Shown here piece after piece: positions 26,401 to 35,847 of a DNA stretch of 64,000 nucleotides (position 1 is its first letter; every line of letters begins with the position of its first letter). The position numbers and the translations under genes are program-made. The DNA is from Bacilli bacterium. Its GTDB lineage: Bacteria; Bacillota_I; Bacilli_A; RF39; UBA660. A model generated the notes under the pieces. That model worked only from the letters and a program-made list of their open reading frames with translations. It ran no database searches and had not been told where the DNA came from. Location: positions 7,996 to 71,995 of the forward strand of contig JAFSVF010000024.1 in NCBI GenBank assembly GCA_017450205.1, written 5' to 3'.

Positions 26401-27495
26401 ATGCCTTTATTTAGTAAACTTGGTAGAAATATATCTACTGTTACTTCAGAATTATCATTAGCAGGTCCTAAAGATAGTTTTACTGAAATATATGATACTA
26501 ATCTAGGATTAATAAAGAAAAGAATTACTAGTACTAAATTAAAACTAAAAGAATTAAATATAGGTAAATATACTAATACAAAAGTAGGAATATTATATAT
26601 AGATGATATTTGTAAAGAAAGTATTATTAATCATGTAACTAATAGATTATCTAAAATAGATATAGATGGAATTATTGATTCTAGTTACTTAAAATATTCT
26701 TTAGAAAATAAATTTAATTTATTCCCTACTATAATACTTACAGAAAGGCCTGATAAATGCTCTATGGCCTTACTTGAAGGAAAAATCATAGTATTAGTCG
26801 ACAATAGTTGTTTTGCTCTAATATTACCTAGTTTTTTTATTGATTTCTTTCATACAACAGATGACTATTATCAAAAATCAATTAACACTAGTTTTATTAG
26901 AATAATTAGATTATTAGCTTTTATAATAGCTATATTTATTCCAGCTCTTTATATTTCAGTAACGACTAGAAACTATAATTTAATACCTCTACCATTATTA
27001 TTAATGTTAAAAGCCGGAAGAACCTTTGTACCTTTTCCAGCTTATATAGAAGCTTTATTTATGATTATATGTTTTGAAATATTAAAAGAATCTGACTTAA
27101 GAATGTCTAATACTAGTGGATCAGCCATTTCAATCTTAGGTGGATTAATACTAGGAGATGCTGCAGTAGCAGCTGGTATAGTATCACCTATAATGATTAT
27201 AATAATAGCTATATCATCAATTGCTGGTCTAATATTTACTTCTATTGAATTAAGTAATACTCTAAGAACTTATAAGATACTTTTATTAATATTAAGTACT
27301 TTTCTAGGAATATATGGAGTTTATATAGGATTAGTAATTTTAATCTATAATATTTTAACTACTAAAATATTTGGATACAGTTACTTGTCATTAGATAAAA
27401 ATGAACTTAAAGATTCTATTATTAAATTAGATACAAATATTAAATATCGTAATTCTAAATTAACTAATAATATTAAGAGAGGTAGTTTAAAATGA
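26401..27495 (+). CDS. spore germination protein, GerA-family A subunit (N-terminally short)
   Basis: GPKDSFTEIYDTNLGLIKKRI and a C-terminal multi-TM region typical of GerAA/GerKA. It is about 120-130 aa shorter at the N-terminus than typical members. Confidence 0.6.
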   Translation: MPLFSKLGRNISTVTSELSLAGPKDSFTEIYDTNLGLIKKRITSTKLKLKELNIGKYTNTKVGILYIDDICKESIINHVTNRLSKIDIDGIIDSSYLKYSLENKFNLFPTIILTERPDKCSMALLEGKIIVLVDNSCFALILPSFFIDFFHTTDDYYQKSINTSFIRIIRLLAFIIAIFIPALYISVTTRNYNLIPLPLLLMLKAGRTFVPFPAYIEALFMIICFEILKESDLRMSNTSGSAISILGGLILGDAAVAAGIVSPIMIIIIAISSIAGLIFTSIELSNTLRTYKILLLILSTFLGIYGVYIGLVILIYNILTTKIFGYSYLSLDKNELKDSIIKLDTNIKYRNSKLTNNIKRGSLK

Positions 27496-27839
27496 AAAAA
27501 ATAATATTATTAATATTTATACTAATTCCATTATTATTTATAAAAATACCAAAATATAAAGAATTAAACCATTTAATAATTATTGAAAAAATTGGATTTG
27601 ACTGCTCTAATAATACTATTTATTTAAAAGAAATTATTCCTTTAAAAGATGATAATGGTATTGAATATAAGTATATAATACATAAATATAATAATAATTT
27701 TAATAGTCTATTGAAGAATGATAAATATTATTTAAATAAAGACGTATTAATTACTAATTGTTCTAAGTATAAAAATAGTAGTTTTAAAAAAATTATTAAT
27801 GTTAAAAATATAAAAAAAGAATTAAGCAAAAATACTTAA
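27492..27839 (+). pseudogene. Ger(x)C-like lipoprotein N-terminal fragment
   Basis: 115 aa. KYKELNHLIIIEKIGFD resembles the ELNxLxIVxxIGID start of GerAC proteins, which are usually about 370 aa. No B subunit is present. Confidence 0.35.
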
Positions 27840-27845
27840 TTCTTT

Positions 27846-28748
27846 TTAATTTCCATTAGTATCAGTATTAGCTGTATCAATATAAATATTTTCTCCATCA
27901 GAAGTAAGAATAATAGTTCCTTGTTTATCAGTTCTATATACTATTGTACCTATACTTTCTAATTTATTTAATGTTATACCATGAGGATGATGATAATCAT
28001 TGTCTTTACCTACTGATATAACTGCATATTCTGGATTAACTTGTTTTAAAAACTGTGCTGATGAAGCATCACTAGATCCGTGATGGGATACTTTTAAAAC
28101 ATCACTTTTTAAATCTTTATCTAATATTCTTAATTCAACATTTTTTGTCGCATCTCCAGTAAATAAATAACTTGTATTTTTAAAATCTAATTTTACTACA
28201 ATAGAAGTATCATTTAAATCTTCTTCATCTTTACTAATCCAAATTATTCTAAATTTAGCATCTCCTACTATAAAAGTATCATCAATTTTAGGTACTTCCC
28301 AACTAATATTTTTATTATTTAATGCATCTATTACTTCAGTAAAAGTTAAATAATCACTACTAACATCAGGCATATAATAATGGTCAATATCAAAGTTATT
28401 AATTATATAATCCATTCCACCTATATGGTCTTCATGTAGATGTGTCCCAATTACATATTTAAATTTAGTAATACCTAAGTCTTTAAAATATTTAACTAAC
28501 TTTAAGCCATCTTCATTATTACCAGAATCTATTAATACATACTCTGAATTATTTTTTATTAAAATACAATCAGCTTCTCCAACATCAAAAAAGTATATTT
28601 TAAATTCATCTTTATCATTTAATATAACTTTTTTCTGATTATCTTTCTTATTAGATTGATAATAATTATTTATATCTGAACCATAGGCAACATAAAAAAA
28701 TAAAAGTAAAAATAATATTGTGAATAAACTACTAATAAATCGTTTCAT
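27846..28748 (-). CDS. membrane-anchored MBL-fold hydrolase (ComEC C-terminal-domain-like)
   Basis: Start moved to M28 (TAGGAGG SD). HLHEDHIGG, TGD and SHHGS motifs. Confidence 0.7.
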   Translation of the reverse strand: MKRFISSLFTILFLLLFFYVAYGSDINNYYQSNKKDNQKKVILNDKDEFKIYFFDVGEADCILIKNNSEYVLIDSGNNEDGLKLVKYFKDLGITKFKYVIGTHLHEDHIGGMDYIINNFDIDHYYMPDVSSDYLTFTEVIDALNNKNISWEVPKIDDTFIVGDAKFRIIWISKDEEDLNDTSIVVKLDFKNTSYLFTGDATKNVELRILDKDLKSDVLKVSHHGSSDASSAQFLKQVNPEYAVISVGKDNDYHHPHGITLNKLESIGTIVYRTDKQGTIILTSDGENIYIDTANTDTNGN

Positions 28749-28806
28749 ATTACCTCCTATATTTAGAATATCATATTTTAAGAAAAAAATAAAAGACCGA
28801 AGTCTT

Positions 28807-29514
28807 TTATAAATCCCATTCAAATTCAAGATGATCTTTATCTACGAACCCAGATCTAGTTTCACATTTAAATTCTTTCTTAAGCACTTCTTCTAATTCC
28901 TTCATAGCAGCAAGTACTTTATCATCATTAAACCCTTTAAATCCATCTATTGGGAAGAAAACATATTCAGTATCTTTATCAATCATACCTTCTCTACTTT
29001 GTCTCCATGCCCATCTTCTAGTTCTAACTTTATTATCAACTACATAGACTAATTCATTTTCTTCTAATTTCTCAGGAACATCTGATCCCATTGGAGTAAA
29101 TGTATCTTCATCTACTGCAAAGCGTAATTCAATATCATTTTTACTTAATCCTAAATTATGAGTTCCCATAGGTAATGTATATTTTAATGAAATAGCATTA
29201 TTTAAATTAACTAATGGATTAATATGTGGAACATCTCTTCCTTTAGAAATACTATTTACCATTGCTTCTACTGAACATTGAAATTTATTAGGATTAATTC
29301 CAACTTTTTGAAATCCCTCACGATAAGGAATTACTCTTGGATCTTCTTTAGCTTTTACTTCTGAAAATTCTTTTTTAGCTGCAGACATAGATTCTTCTAA
29401 CATTTTATCAATATTTTTATATTCTTTAGAATTATCAATTCCTTTGGCAACAACTACTCCTATAAATAAATCATCTAGTTTATCGAACACTTCTTTTTGT
29501 ACTATAAATTTCAT
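28807..29514 (-). CDS. B3/B4 tRNA-binding-domain protein
   Basis: 235 aa. The N-terminus MKFIVQKEVFDKL..IGVVVAKGIDN and the length match B3_4-domain (COG3382) proteins as I remember them. Confidence 0.55.
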   Translation of the reverse strand: MKFIVQKEVFDKLDDLFIGVVVAKGIDNSKEYKNIDKMLEESMSAAKKEFSEVKAKEDPRVIPYREGFQKVGINPNKFQCSVEAMVNSISKGRDVPHINPLVNLNNAISLKYTLPMGTHNLGLSKNDIELRFAVDEDTFTPMGSDVPEKLEENELVYVVDNKVRTRRWAWRQSREGMIDKDTEYVFFPIDGFKGFNDDKVLAAMKELEEVLKKEFKCETRSGFVDKDHLEFEWDL

Positions 29515-29562
29515 AAGTACCTCCTAACAATATATTTATTATAAATATTGGTTTTTGAAAAA

Positions 29563-30705
29563 TCAATCATTTTGTTTTCTAAATGGCAAATCTTGAAAAG
29601 TTCTACTAGTAATCTTAAACATATTAGATAAGAAATCTTTTAATTCCTCTTTTTTTACATTACCAAAACATTTAATAATTAACATAATAAACTCTGTTAA
29701 AACTTTCTTAGTATGACTATTCATATCTTTTGATTTTGCTATTAAGTTAAATAAATTTCTCTTCTTAGTTTTAATATCTAAGATACTAGTTACATTAGCT
29801 TCTTTTAAAATATAGTCTAAGTTATTTATAAAATTCTGTTTATCTTCTTTGTTATATTTACTAAACCATTTTTTTATTGAAACATCTAATTCTTGAGAAA
29901 AGTCAGACAATTTAGTTTTAATAAACTTATCTTCATCTATTTCCCAATAAACTATATTATGTGCCAAAATACTTTTACTGGTTGCACTAACTACATAATT
30001 ATTTGAATTATTTAAAAACAATCCAACTAATGAATAATTAGGAATAATATGCGTATATTTAGATTTAATATATGAATAACGAACAGATTTATATTCATTA
30101 TCTAATAAACCCGGACCATCTGCATTAATTATTTCTACTATTTTACTTCTAACCATCGCATTTGCATACATACTAGCTACTAATGCAAGATTACCACCTT
30201 TAGAATGACCACCTACAATAAGTGATTGGTTTTTAAAAGTAAAATGCTTATTTAAATACTTAATAGCTAACTTCTGAGAAATAGTAGGAAACTGGTATCC
30301 TAGTATAAAATCTTCTCTCCATCCACTAAATAAAGAATCAGTACCTTCAAATGAAACAAAGACTTGATTTGGTAAATATTCAATTGAAACAACTCCAAAT
30401 TGTACTTCATCATTACCAATATATTCATAATTATATAATTTACAATCCATGTATCTTTTCTTATTTCTTAGATACTTTAATAGCTTATTACCTTCTTTGA
30501 TTGCGATAATATTTATATCTTTACCAGGATGTAATTCTAAGTATTGTTTACCAGCTTCGGCAATTGTTAAACAAAGATCATCTTCAAATACTTTCTCTAA
30601 ATTAGCATACGATAAAAAAGAAAAAATAACTTTATCAACTTGATTAAATTCCTTTTCATCAAATGTATAATCTCCATATTTATCAATATATTCATAAATA
30701 TTCAT
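29563..30705 (-). CDS. alpha/beta hydrolase, DUF2974 (Mbeg1-like) family
   Basis: GGHSKGGNLA nucleophile elbow. Confidence 0.6.
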   Translation of the reverse strand: MNIYEYIDKYGDYTFDEKEFNQVDKVIFSFLSYANLEKVFEDDLCLTIAEAGKQYLELHPGKDINIIAIKEGNKLLKYLRNKKRYMDCKLYNYEYIGNDEVQFGVVSIEYLPNQVFVSFEGTDSLFSGWREDFILGYQFPTISQKLAIKYLNKHFTFKNQSLIVGGHSKGGNLALVASMYANAMVRSKIVEIINADGPGLLDNEYKSVRYSYIKSKYTHIIPNYSLVGLFLNNSNNYVVSATSKSILAHNIVYWEIDEDKFIKTKLSDFSQELDVSIKKWFSKYNKEDKQNFINNLDYILKEANVTSILDIKTKKRNLFNLIAKSKDMNSHTKKVLTEFIMLIIKCFGNVKKEELKDFLSNMFKITSRTFQDLPFRKQND

Positions 30706-30765
30706 ATTATCACCACAAAAATATTATAACATAGATATAAAAAAAAGAATTCCTAATTTGAAATT

Positions 30766-31668
30766 CTAATTATTTAAATATTTAACAGCTTCAGTAGCAG
30801 CGATTGCACCATCAGCTGTAGCTGTAACCAATTGTCTTAATTCTTTATTTCTAGTATCACCAGCTACAAATATTCCTGGTATATTTGTATGACAGCTTTC
30901 ATCTGCAATAATATAACCAGCTTCATCAACATTAATTAAATTTTTAAAGTTTTCATTTTCTGGTACTTTACCAATTGCGATAAATAAACCTTTTACTGGA
31001 ATATTTTTAGTTGAACCATCTTTATTAGTAACTTCAATAGATGCTAATGATTCATCTGCAATTAGTTTAGTTACATTACTGTTATAGACAAACTCAACAT
31101 TATCTTGTTCTTTTAATTTTTCAACTACAGATTGATCTCCACGAAATTGATCACGTCGATGAATTAAATATACCTTATTAGCAATACTAGATAAATACAA
31201 AGCATCTTCAAGAGCTGTATTGCCACCACCTACTACAGCGACATCTTTCTTTTTAAAGAAATTACCATCACAAGTTGCGCAATAAGAAATACCTTTTCCA
31301 ATTAAATCGTTTTCATTTTCTAATCCTAATTTACGATTATCGGCACCAGTGGCAATAATAATTGTTTTTGCTTGATAAGTATTTTTACTTGTCATTACTT
31401 CTTTATATTCATTTTTATCAATTATTTCAGTAACTTTTTCATATTTTATTTCAGCTCCTAAATCAATAACTTGATTATACAATTTAGTTGCAAAATCAAA
31501 TCCAGATATATGAGCTTCAACAGGATAATTTTCAATGTCTAAAGTATTAATAATTTGTCCTCCATAAGTAATTGCTTCTAAGATTAAAACGCTTTTTAAT
31601 GCTCTTTTACCATAGATAGCAGCAGTCATACCAGCAGGACCTGCCCCAATAATTATAATATCATACAT
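30766..31668 (-). CDS. trxB: thioredoxin-disulfide reductase
   Basis: GAGPAG, the CATCDG redox motif and GGGNTA. Confidence 0.9.
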   Translation of the reverse strand: MYDIIIIGAGPAGMTAAIYGKRALKSVLILEAITYGGQIINTLDIENYPVEAHISGFDFATKLYNQVIDLGAEIKYEKVTEIIDKNEYKEVMTSKNTYQAKTIIIATGADNRKLGLENENDLIGKGISYCATCDGNFFKKKDVAVVGGGNTALEDALYLSSIANKVYLIHRRDQFRGDQSVVEKLKEQDNVEFVYNSNVTKLIADESLASIEVTNKDGSTKNIPVKGLFIAIGKVPENENFKNLINVDEAGYIIADESCHTNIPGIFVAGDTRNKELRQLVTATADGAIAATEAVKYLNN

Positions 31669-31669
31669 A

Positions 31670-31978
31670 TTAATTACCTATAAATTTTTCTAAATCTTCT
31701 TTAGAAATCATTCCAACATTTCTTTTTACTTCTTTTCCCTCATTTAATATAACTAAACAAGGAATTGAGCTAACTTGATATTTATCAGCTAATTCATCAT
31801 TATCATCAATATCTACTGAAACAACTTTTATTTTATCAGTTGCTGCTATTTCCTCTAAAATAGGAAACATCATTTTACATGGACCACACCAAGTAGCATT
31901 AAAATCAATTAAAACGGGCTTATCATTATTTAATACTTCTACTTCAAAATTATCATTAGTAACTTTAACTATTTCCAT
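31670..31978 (-). CDS. trxA: thioredoxin
   Basis: 102 aa with WCGPC. Confidence 0.9.
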   Translation of the reverse strand: MEIVKVTNDNFEVEVLNNDKPVLIDFNATWCGPCKMMFPILEEIAATDKIKVVSVDIDDNDELADKYQVSSIPCLVILNEGKEVKRNVGMISKEDLEKFIGN

Positions 31979-31987
31979 TCGAACCTC

Positions 31988-32524
31988 CTATAGTAATTTC
32001 AAAATATCTTCTTCCATCTTTTTAGGATCATAAGTTGGACTATATCTCTTAATTACATTACCTTCTTTATCAATTAAAAATTTAGTAAAATTCCATTTTA
32101 TATCATTCTTTTCTTTACAAGTTGTACTAATTTTCATAATTGCTTTCATTGACATTTTGTTTTTAATACCTTCGATTTCATCTTCTAAATTACTACTCTT
32201 TAATAATTTAAATAATTCATCAGCAGTATCTCCATTAACATCTATTTTTTTCATTTGATCAAACTGGGTTTGATATTTTGCAGTACAAAATTCATGAATT
32301 TCATTATCATCTCCAGGTGCTTGATGACCAAATTGATTACATGGAAAATCTAATATTTCTAAACCTTTATCATGATATTTTTCATATAGATATTCTAATC
32401 CTTCATATTGTGGAGTAAAACCACAACCAGTAGCTGTATTAACTACAACCACAACCTTTCCTTTTAAATTACTTAATGCGTAATCCTCTCCAGATCTTGT
32501 TTTTACTAATAAATTATAAATCAT
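31988..32524 (-). CDS. glutathione peroxidase family protein
   Basis: [19 protein letters not shown] and WNFTKFL. Confidence 0.85.
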   Translation of the reverse strand: MIYNLLVKTRSGEDYALSNLKGKVVVVVNTATGCGFTPQYEGLEYLYEKYHDKGLEILDFPCNQFGHQAPGDDNEIHEFCTAKYQTQFDQMKKIDVNGDTADELFKLLKSSNLEDEIEGIKNKMSMKAIMKISTTCKEKNDIKWNFTKFLIDKEGNVIKRYSPTYDPKKMEEDILKLL

Positions 32525-32541
32525 ATAATTTCTCCTAAAAA

Positions 32542-33789
32542 TTATTTTAAATCTATTACTCTTATTATTGCAGCATTTTTTAATTTTTTGCTCATCTTAT
32601 GAACTGCTTTATGGTTACGAGAACCAGTCAAGCCACTACCTGTTTCATATGCTGTAAATGTCTTTTTCTTATAATCTACTTCACCTACAAATGATACGTG
32701 ATACCAACCACTTGATGACCATGAATTTGGATTATTAAGATTAATTGGATTATCAAACCATTCAATTATATCACCCGGTTTTATTTCTTCATAATTAGTA
32801 ATTATTTTATTAGTTTTAGCTTTAGCTAATCCTGAAAAATTCGCAGAAGAATTAACGGCAGTTCTACCAGTACCAAAAATACCAGCTTTATAATAAACCA
32901 TATCCGTTGTCCAATTACAACATGTAGTCATATTGATTTCACCTTTATTTGAAATTAATCTATCAAAGTGTGTTCGATCAGACAAACCGTCTTGAGTGTG
33001 TAATAATTGATCAGGATAAAAGGCATCAGAAGTAGCAGAACTAGGAAGTTTACCTTGTCTTATTTTAGACATAGGCTGGCACCCGCCACCCCATTTACAA
33101 TACTTTCCATCATCACCATTATAGTAATCAAATCCATACATAACTATCATTCCTAAAACATATTCAGCAACTTGTTGAAATTCATAGACAGTAGTTACTT
33201 TTGGCTGCTCACCATAATACTTAGAAAAATAGCCTCCTAAACTTTTCATATACTTATCAAAGCCACCATATGAGTTAATTACATTATTAAATGTATAATA
33301 ATTAAAATCATTCATATGCCTTTCTACTATATGAATAGTATCACAAGAAAATTGAGCCTTAATATGTTTACTTTTACAACTAAAGTTTAATTGGCGGAAA
33401 GTTCCTTCTTCATAAGCTGTAGGATCAACGACTATTGGAGTATTATCTGTATCATTGACCTTGATATATTCAACATATAATTCTGGTTTAGTAGCATTAT
33501 TATAACATTTAGTAATTTCTGTACTATTACCAATTAAACTCATAACTACTGTAACAAATAATGGAATAAAGAATACGATGACTAGAGCTTTAACTGCGTT
33601 ACCAAGTTTCTTTATTAATTTATTATCATCAGGTTTATTCATTAATTGAAAAAACAATATAGTAAGACTAATAATAGCTAAGATTGGAGAAATAATTAAA
33701 ATAAGCTTTATAATATTTTTGGTAATATATAAAATAGAATTCAGATCTGCACTATTACATAAATTCTGGGTATCAACAAGTAGCATCAT
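32542..33789 (-). CDS. 2-TM protein with C-terminal papain-fold (CHAP/NlpC-like) candidate domain; paralogue of 12081-13055
   Basis: [25 protein letters not shown]-terminus. TTCCNWTTD ... PGDIIEWFD ... [11 protein letters not shown]. Confidence 0.5.
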   Translation of the reverse strand: MMLLVDTQNLCNSADLNSILYITKNIIKLILIISPILAIISLTILFFQLMNKPDDNKLIKKLGNAVKALVIVFFIPLFVTVVMSLIGNSTEITKCYNNATKPELYVEYIKVNDTDNTPIVVDPTAYEEGTFRQLNFSCKSKHIKAQFSCDTIHIVERHMNDFNYYTFNNVINSYGGFDKYMKSLGGYFSKYYGEQPKVTTVYEFQQVAEYVLGMIVMYGFDYYNGDDGKYCKWGGGCQPMSKIRQGKLPSSATSDAFYPDQLLHTQDGLSDRTHFDRLISNKGEINMTTCCNWTTDMVYYKAGIFGTGRTAVNSSANFSGLAKAKTNKIITNYEEIKPGDIIEWFDNPINLNNPNSWSSSGWYHVSFVGEVDYKKKTFTAYETGSGLTGSRNHKAVHKMSKKLKNAAIIRVIDLK

Positions 33790-33861
33790 AATATCACTCC
33801 ATTCTCTTTCATTCTAGCATAATATTGCTTTTTTTGCACTAAAAAAGCATACAACGTATGC

Positions 33862-34398
33862 TTATAATTCAATTATTGTAGGTTCATGATTTACATTAGG
33901 TAAAAATACATTAATCAAATCTGAAGTTTTAATTTTTATATGTCTTGTATTTTCTCCAGTATTACATCCAAAATACTCATCATCAGCTACTTCTTTATCA
34001 ATAGCTACTTTTACCTTGCCTTCATTATCATTTACAACACTCATTACTGTAGCACTACCTGGAACTACTCCTAGTATTGCTTGCATATCTTCAGCTTTTG
34101 CAAAAGATACTCTAGAACATCCCATTTTATCTCTAAATAGTTTAGAATCAAATCTTTTATCTGCTGGTAAAACAACTAAATAAAACTGTGTCTTTTTATC
34201 ATTACAAACTATTATAGTCTTTCTAATTTCAGTACCTAACTTTTTATCTATTTCAAGACATTCTTCCATTGATTCAACTGTATCATTATCTACTCTATTA
34301 AATTCAATAGATAATTCATTTAATTTTTCATAAACTTTCTTTTCTAAATCACTAGTATAACTAGTTGGCATTTCATTTAAAATATCGCTAATATACAT
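33862..34398 (-). CDS. YbaK/ProX-type aminoacyl-tRNA deacylase domain protein
   Basis: 178 aa. The pattern ..YLVVLPADKRFD..LGVVPGSATVMS.. resembles prolyl-tRNA-synthetase-associated domain proteins. Confidence 0.55.
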   Translation of the reverse strand: MYISDILNEMPTSYTSDLEKKVYEKLNELSIEFNRVDNDTVESMEECLEIDKKLGTEIRKTIIVCNDKKTQFYLVVLPADKRFDSKLFRDKMGCSRVSFAKAEDMQAILGVVPGSATVMSVVNDNEGKVKVAIDKEVADDEYFGCNTGENTRHIKIKTSDLINVFLPNVNHEPTIIEL

Positions 34399-34578
34399 AA
34401 ACCCTCCTATTAAAAATCTATTATTTTAGGTTCTTCAGTAAATGATGAAATTACTGCATGTCCTGATTCAAAATATAAGACAATTGTATTATCATCATTT
34501 TCATCATACGTATTTCTCAATTCGATTTTATCATAATTTATATAAAATAACAAACAAAAAGTCACGCATAATGTGTGA

Positions 34579-34980
34579 CTATTTAATTACCATAACTTTG
34601 GTATCGCTTCCAGATTTCATTTCGATCAATTCATTGACTGGATCTATATGAGTATATCCAAAATCTTTTGGCATTTTTGCTACAGGCAAACTATCACCAA
34701 ATATTTCTTTTTGACTAGAAACAAATTCAAGAACTGCTTCTTTACCTCTAACATTATCATGTACCCCTACACCCTCTAATTCTGGATATAAAGATAAAAT
34801 ATATGGTCCAACTAAATCCGCAACTCTAGGTATTTGATGTGTATATATTGAATCATTTACAATATATTTTAATGCGTTCTGTATATCTTTCATCTCAGCA
34901 TACATTCTATAAGTAGTAAGTGATAGTATTATTCCTAAATCAAACCATCTTACTTCTTCACTGATATTTTGATTTTCCAT
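34579..34980 (-). CDS. hypothetical protein
   Basis: 133-aa ORF with a CAGGAGGG SD. Confidence 0.45.
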   Translation of the reverse strand: MENQNISEEVRWFDLGIILSLTTYRMYAEMKDIQNALKYIVNDSIYTHQIPRVADLVGPYILSLYPELEGVGVHDNVRGKEAVLEFVSSQKEIFGDSLPVAKMPKDFGYTHIDPVNELIEMKSGSDTKVMVIK

Positions 34981-35037
34981 ACAAACCCTCCTGTTGCTAT
35001 ATTATAGTACAAGTTTATTTATATTTCAATTGTATAA

Positions 35038-35061
35038 CAAAAAAACAGCTGAATAGCTGTT
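35038..35061 (-). terminator. terminator of the tRNA pair
   Basis: ACAGCT-ATTC-AGCTGT hairpin followed by TTTTTTG on the minus strand. Confidence 0.6.
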
Positions 35062-35071
35062 TGTTTTTAAT

Positions 35072-35155
35072 TGGTGCGAGTAACAGGAGTTGAACCTGCA
35101 CGTCTAAGACACTAGATCCTAAGTCTAGCGCGTCTGCCAATTCCGCCATACTCGC
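35072..35155 (-). tRNA. tRNA-Leu (anticodon UAG), CCA encoded
   Basis: Minus strand GCGAGTATGGCGGAATTGGCAGACGCGCTAGACTTAGGATCTAGTGTCTTAGACGTGCAGGTTCAACTCCTGTTACTCGCACCA. Cloverleaf with a long variable arm. The anticodon loop is CTTAGGA. Confidence 0.9.
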
Positions 35156-35161
35156 TTGTAA

Positions 35162-35238
35162 TGGTGGACCCTATAGGACTCGAACCTATGACCGCCCGGT
35201 TATGAGCCGGATGCTCTAACCAACTGAGCTAAGGGTCC
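35162..35238 (-). tRNA. tRNA with CAU anticodon (Met by anticodon; body resembles lysidine-type tRNA-Ile2), CCA encoded
   Basis: Minus strand GGACCCTTAGCTCAGTTGGTTAGAGCATCCGGCTCATAACCGGGCGGTCATAGGTTCGAGTCCTATAGGGTCCACCA. The 1-72 pair is G-C, so it is not an initiator. The 5' half is close to the tRNA-Ile2 sequences I remember. Confidence 0.85.
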
Positions 35239-35248
35239 GTGCTATTTA

Positions 35249-35277
35249 ATAATAGCATAAATTAGACTTTGTTGCAA
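35249..35277 (-). promoter_or_regulatory. promoter of the tRNA pair
   Basis: Minus strand TTGCAA, a 17-nt spacer ending in TGC, then TATTAT, about 10 nt before the tRNA 5' end. Confidence 0.55.
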
Positions 35278-35306
35278 CCAAAATGTTAAAAAAATAGAGA
35301 TTAACT

Positions 35307-35726
35307 CTATTTATTTAACATATTTAATAAATTGATTTTAAACATATCTTTTTCTGGATTTGTTTTAGAAATCATTACACCTTTGTATGTAGATAACTCA
35401 GCTCTATGCCCTTCATCTAAAATACCTTCTGGAGTAATATTAGTTAAAAGAATAATATTCTTCTCAGTATATACAGTATAGTGTAATACAATTGGACCAT
35501 GAACTTTTTTAAATAATTCATCAGTTGGTAATTGTAATTCATAACTTACAGTTTTATCTTTGTCATTACGATTAACTTCTTCACCTAAAAACTTACCACT
35601 ACGTAATTCTGGATAATAAGTAAATGTTAATTTCTTGTAAGCTAACATATTATACTTTCTTACTGATCTTTCTTTTTTTCTAAAATCATTTTCATCAAGA
35701 TACTCAAATATATAACCATTTTTCAT
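35307..35726 (-). CDS. hypothetical protein
   Basis: 139-aa ORF. No motif recognised. Confidence 0.45.
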   Translation of the reverse strand: MKNGYIFEYLDENDFRKKERSVRKYNMLAYKKLTFTYYPELRSGKFLGEEVNRNDKDKTVSYELQLPTDELFKKVHGPIVLHYTVYTEKNIILLTNITPEGILDEGHRAELSTYKGVMISKTNPEKDMFKINLLNMLNK

Positions 35727-35847
35727 ATATATTCAACCCCCTATAAGTTTGAATCCCCACTGTACCTTCAATGTGTATACATTATACCACAAATGTTGTT
35801 TATTGTCAATTATAATAATAAAAAAGATAAAAGAAATTTCTTTTATC

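Noticed and set aside
34399-34578. 180-nt leader of the YbaK/ProX-like gene, examined for a T-box and for a start-less frame (..TIVLYFESGHAVISSFTEEPKIIDF*)
   Set aside because: There is no T-box consensus (no GGTGGTACC-like element). The open frame has no start codon or SD. It may be a gene remnant, but I cannot support that.
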